22,343 nucleotides of DNA from assembly GCA_037439545.1 (NCBI GenBank), contig JBBIVV010000038.1, forward strand, positions 1-22,343. The letters run 5' to 3'. Made by a program: the position numbers and the translations under genes. Every line of letters starts with the position of its first letter. Position 1 is the first letter of the stretch. The notes beneath the pieces were generated by a model. The model was not told where the DNA came from, made no database searches, and worked only from the letters and a program-made list of their open reading frames with translations. Positions 19,063 to 22,343 of this stretch are shown here, in pieces. This stretch comes from a bacterium (GTDB lineage: Bacteria; JAMCPX01).

Positions 19063-19117
19063 GCCATAAAATACCGGTGTCCTGCCTTCCGGGGATGAGC
19101 GGTATATCAACCGCATC

Positions 19118-20317
19118 CTACTTCAAAGCCGGAGGCGGTTGAGCAGCGACCCCGAGGTTTGCAGCAGAATCATTCGGATCGAGCATATCTCTTGTCAAAA
19201 ACAGATTTTTATTTGCGTGACAGTTCGCACACGCCGAGGGCTGATCAGCGCCATTCTGCGGTGCGATGAGCTGTATGTTGTGCGGAGATGTTGTCTGCCA
19301 TGTAGGAACTGTATCGAACCCTGTCAATAGATTCTTGCCGAAGTAATCGAATGTGTCTCTGGTTATGGGATAATGTCTTACGGTCGTGTACAGGTACGAT
19401 ACTGTCGTAATGGTGTTGAATCCTATTCTGAAATCCGTGACCGTTATACCTGCGGCACCGATATAGTTATCACCCGCAAACATACTGGTGTAATCATACG
19501 TATTTGCATAAGGCTGTGCATGGCACACCGTGCAATTGAGGGATTTCATATTCGGCATATTGTGTTCGGTAATGCCTGAAGTGCCATTGGTAACATCCGT
19601 ATGGCACAGACCGCATCGGGGCATCTCTTGAACATCCCACATGGTCGTATAGGTTATGTTATCTCCATGAATGCCGTTACCGTGACAGTCGATGCATTGC
19701 AGCCCGTTTGTATAATGGACATCGGGTGCCTGACCCGACAACCCGAGAAACTCCTCCGCCTGATCTTTATGGCATTGAACGCATGTTTCCTGCATCGGAG
19801 GCGGGTTCATAAATGTATGCCCTGAGATAAGTCCTCCGGTGAGCGGCTTCTGGACATGGCAGCTCCCGCATGATGCATGACATCTCTGACAGTCAGTCTT
19901 ATCCGGCGCATTTAAATTATCATTGTAAGGGTATGAGACCTTATTCAGGTATGATTGCTCTCCCGCGAGGGTATAGTGGAGGCTTGTCGTGTAGCTCTGG
20001 ACAATGCCCGCATGACAGTTTGCGCATACAGTGTTTGGGTTCAGCGACGGATCATCGACCATACCGTTGTGTGCCTGCTGCATGGAGCTGTTTGACGGGT
20101 CCCCTTTATGACAATCGGCGCATTGAAGGATATTATGCGGCGAATTAAGAAAATTCTCCGTGACGAGAAAATCAGAGGGATTTATCGATGAATCGGCATT
20201 CTGCAGCATAGCCGCATTCGTATGGCAAGATTTACATGTATTGGTCGTGTTGAGCTGACTCTCGCCACAGCCCGCTATAATGAATACCATTGAAATAAAT
20301 AGTAATATTTTTTTCAT
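19118..20317 (-). CDS. Decaheme c-type cytochrome, predicted lipoprotein
   Basis: Ten CxxCH motifs: CKSCH, CADCH, CANCH, CQRCH, CGSCH, CVQCH, CIDCH, CGLCH, CTVCH, CANCH. Signal peptide with lipobox MKKILLFISMVFIIAG|C. Ribosome-binding site GGAGG. Confidence 0.92.
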   Translation of the reverse strand: MKKILLFISMVFIIAGCGESQLNTTNTCKSCHTNAAMLQNADSSINPSDFLVTENFLNSPHNILQCADCHKGDPSNSSMQQAHNGMVDDPSLNPNTVCANCHAGIVQSYTTSLHYTLAGEQSYLNKVSYPYNDNLNAPDKTDCQRCHASCGSCHVQKPLTGGLISGHTFMNPPPMQETCVQCHKDQAEEFLGLSGQAPDVHYTNGLQCIDCHGNGIHGDNITYTTMWDVQEMPRCGLCHTDVTNGTSGITEHNMPNMKSLNCTVCHAQPYANTYDYTSMFAGDNYIGAAGITVTDFRIGFNTITTVSYLYTTVRHYPITRDTFDYFGKNLLTGFDTVPTWQTTSPHNIQLIAPQNGADQPSACANCHANKNLFLTRDMLDPNDSAANLGVAAQPPPALK

Positions 20318-20438
20318 ACAACCTCCGTATAATGAGATCAGTTATATTGTTTTTCTTAAAAATGCAATAATAAGGGTTGCCTTAAATCAGGCTACCGGTC
20401 CCCTGCTGCAATCTATCCGTTCGGTGCCGTTCACATGA

Positions 20439-20461
20439 GGGGCGATTCACCGAATCACCCC
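20439..20461. repeat. REP-like palindrome related to the one at 19039-19062
   Basis: GGGGCGATTC-ACC-GAATCACCCC, 10-bp arms with one mismatch. Confidence 0.6.
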
Positions 20462-20481
20462 CAACAATAAATTATATATGG

Positions 20482-20994
20482 TCAAAAGTAATAATGTACA
20501 CCTGCATTTATCGAGTCCGCGGAAATACCGAATGCAGTGCCGTATTGATTAAGATATTTTACGCCGAGATCCAATTCGAGGTTAAATCCGAGGTTCGGCA
20601 ATCCTTGAAGAAAAAATTCTGTGCCGCCTAAAGCTCCAAAACTAAATCCGCCTTTCGTTCCCCCGTTTACCGGCTGGGTAAAAACATAAAAGCCTCCGCC
20701 CACATACAAATTCATATTGGTTTCTTCCATGACATTGTAAAGGAATTTACCTCCAAGACCGAATGCCGTCTGACTGCTGCCCTGATTCGGAGAAAGATTC
20801 AGAAAGGCAAAATCTCCCTGAACCCCCATGTCCCTGTCTATCCAGTATCTTGCGGATGCCGCGTCGAGCCGCTGTGTTAAACCTATTTGGGAATCGAATC
20901 CCACACCCAGCCTTTCCGATAAATTTTTCGCCGTAGCATTCGATGCCGCAAACATACCGAGAATCGTAAGCATGGAAACTAATTTTATTTTCAT
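20482..20994 (-). CDS. Small outer-membrane beta-barrel protein (170 aa)
   Basis: Signal peptide MKIKLVSMLTILGMFAASNATA, alternating Gly/aromatic amphipathic strands, C-terminal GVHYYF signature. AAGGAG precedes ATG 20994, so the upstream extension in the ORF track is probably non-coding. Confidence 0.85.
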   Translation of the reverse strand: MKIKLVSMLTILGMFAASNATAKNLSERLGVGFDSQIGLTQRLDAASARYWIDRDMGVQGDFAFLNLSPNQGSSQTAFGLGGKFLYNVMEETNMNLYVGGGFYVFTQPVNGGTKGGFSFGALGGTEFFLQGLPNLGFNLELDLGVKYLNQYGTAFGISADSINAGVHYYF

Positions 20995-21020
20995 TTTCCG
21001 CTCCTTATACTTATTTTTAT

Positions 21021-21048
21021 ATTTTATCAGAATGCATGACATTGGCAA
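21021..21048 (-). promoter_or_regulatory. Candidate sigma70 promoter for the beta-barrel gene
   Basis: On the - strand TTGCCA, a 16-nt spacer ending in TGA (extended -10), then TAAAAT, 26 nt upstream of the ATG. Confidence 0.45.
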
Positions 21049-21296
21049 GTAAATTATAGTTTTTACGGCGACTCGGTTATAGTCTTTTGAGGGCAGCCCT
21101 CTACCTCGGTATAAACCGTTCGGGTATTTAAAACCGGGGGAGAGGAGTTGATTATTTAAAGTGAATAACCCGAATAGAGGTCTCACTGATTACGATAAAA
21201 TTATTGAGAAGCTGATCCGAATACTTCTCAATGTATATCTGCCTGCTCAGGCTCTGACTTCTCTTTCTGGAACTCTGCCTTTTCTGATTCAAGATT

Positions 21297-21364
21297 AAAT
21301 CCCCGACCCATGCCCTGCATGGGTACCCCTTCCCCCTTTACTAAAGGGGGAGAAAAGGGGATTT
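21297..21364. repeat. Nested palindromic (REP/MITE-like) element inside a reading frame
   Basis: Outer arms AAATCCCC/GGGGATTT enclose two hairpins, ACCCATGC-CCT-GCATGGGT and TCCCCCTTT-ACT-AAAGGGGGA. Confidence 0.75.
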
Positions 21365-21446
21365 TGCTCTCTGCTTTCTCAGCGTGCTCACGGATACGCT
21401 TGACGATACCCTCTAACCCACTTGCCCCCTCACCCTGATGAAGATC

Positions 21447-21497
21447 ATAACTCCCTTCTGTCCCCCTTACCTTAAGTGGGAGACTCGAAGAAGTATT
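21447..21497. repeat. Second, degenerate palindromic element of similar type
   Basis: Core TCCCCCTT-ACCTT-AAGTGGGA with decayed outer arms ACTCCCTTC/GAAGAAGT. Confidence 0.55.
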
Positions 21498-21762
21498 TGG
21501 CTCTTTGGTACTTTTTGCGGCATAAACAGCTTGATAAATGCCAAGATTTGTCCATGCGAACACAAACATTAGAAAGACAGCGATGGATTTTAACAAAGAA
21601 GGTTTAAAAACATCTTTATGAAAACCGACCTTGCGGGAGACGATCTTCATGCATCCTCCGTTATATATCCTTCCTCACGACTCACATTTTTAATGTCAAG
21701 ATTTTCCTCTAATTTAAATTTCCCCACCTTTTTCTTCTTATTAACGACCTTCCATTGTCGTC

Positions 21763-22125
21763 TTATATATTAAGTATTTTCCTCAATATATATTCCACTT
21801 TCATCATTATGGGTTCATCTACAGCACCCCATTTTTTTGCAAACCTCTGTATGGAAATTGATTTTATCTGATCGCACCGAACGATCGAGTCATGCTTTAT
21901 TCCTCCGTCTGGTGGTGATATAAGAACATGTAATCTGAACGGTATCTCTTTTCTGAAAGTCGTAATTGGACATACTACAATCAACCCCCACGGACTCACG
22001 TTAAGCTCATCTACAGAAACTATAATGCTCTGGAAAAACTGGACAGCTTTTGGGCCTCTTTTTCGGTACTTATCAATCTTTTCCTTGAGTTCGTCTATCT
22101 CTGTGATACGATTACTATGTTGCAT
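21763..22125 (-). pseudogene. PemK/MazF-family toxin with a foreign N-terminus (chimeric, probably inactive)
   Basis: The C-terminal 87 aa (IIVSVDELN...GLIVVCPITT...HVLISPPDGG...SIVRCDQIKSIS..RF...G.V) match MazF/PemK. The usual N-terminal RGEIW...GxEQ..RP segment is absent. ATG 22125 is preceded by AAGGGA. Confidence 0.7.
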
Positions 22126-22133
22126 AATGTCCC

Positions 22134-22283
22134 TTAGTGTACTCCTTTTTGCCAATTCGCAATGCTTTGCCTGCTGATCCCAAGCTGCCGGCCGGCCTTC
22201 TTCGTACTCACGCCTCTTTTGACCAGCCGCAGGGCACTTTTACGGATTTTGTCGTCAACCGGCAACTGATAGAAATCTTTCAC
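22134..22283 (-). CDS. 49-aa helix-turn-helix ORF (transposase N-terminus-like), not in the ORF track
   Basis: My translation from GTG 22283 is VKDFYQLPVDDKIRKSALRLVKRGVSTKKAGRQLGISRQSIANWQKGVH*. The pattern A.R.LGISRQSI..W is HTH-like. Alternative start TTG 22298. Confidence 0.55.
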   Translation of the reverse strand: MKDFYQLPVDDKIRKSALRLVKRGVSTKKAGRQLGISRQSIANWQKGVH

Positions 22284-22343
22284 CTTAATATCGGTCAAAA
22301 AGCTGCCCAGTTTTACCGACTATTATATTACATACGAGTGCAT

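Larger units (their letters stand above)
21228..21650 (-). pseudogene. Probable N-terminal fragment of a secreted protein containing palindromic elements
   Basis: GGAGG ribosome-binding site and a signal-like segment ending AVYA. No recognisable domain before the stop. Two GC-rich palindromes lie inside the frame. Confidence 0.5.

Noticed and set aside
19093..19118. Hairpin GGATGCGGT-TGATAT-ACCGCTCATCC after the cytochrome stop as an intrinsic terminator
   Set aside because: The stem is bulged and has no adjacent U-tract, so it is too weak to call.
4423..20148. Many antisense or nested ORFs of 60-213 aa, for example 4735..5376, 7710..8243, 9099..9632 and 13846..14394
   Set aside because: They are shadows of well-supported genes on the opposite strand or frame, with no motifs of their own.
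20995..21186. 64-aa N-terminal extension of the beta-barrel ORF, and weak inverted repeats (TTCGGGT/ACCCGAA, GAGGGC/GCCCTC) as a riboswitch
   Set aside because: The signal peptide and ribosome-binding site point to ATG 20994, and the hairpins match no riboswitch consensus I recognise.

Overview
Bacterial chromosomal window whose gene content (roadblock/TPR/accBC block, short-form HisG, CxxNGCC-type Lgt, multiheme cytochrome) suggests a deltaproteobacteria-like lineage; this assignment is inference. The left 2.8 kb (+ strand) holds a truncated Ig-like/NHL-repeat lipoprotein and two glycosyltransferases. The rest is almost entirely on the - strand and mostly housekeeping: dGTPase-murA-hisG-hisD-macrodomain-VIT1; lgt-J-domain-acetate:CoA ligase-DRTGG protein; TPR-roadblock-M24 peptidase-accB-accC-LipM-like-PilZ. 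The right 3.3 kb looks accessory and partly decayed. It contains a decaheme c-type cytochrome lipoprotein bracketed by two related REP-like palindromes, a small outer-membrane beta-barrel, a secreted-protein fragment with two palindromic elements inside its reading frame, a MazF/PemK toxin with a replaced N-terminus, and a 49-aa HTH ORF missed by the ORF track. I found no rRNA, tRNA, CRISPR array or intact transposase. The best candidate for an undescribed system is the decaheme lipoprotein and beta-barrel pair.
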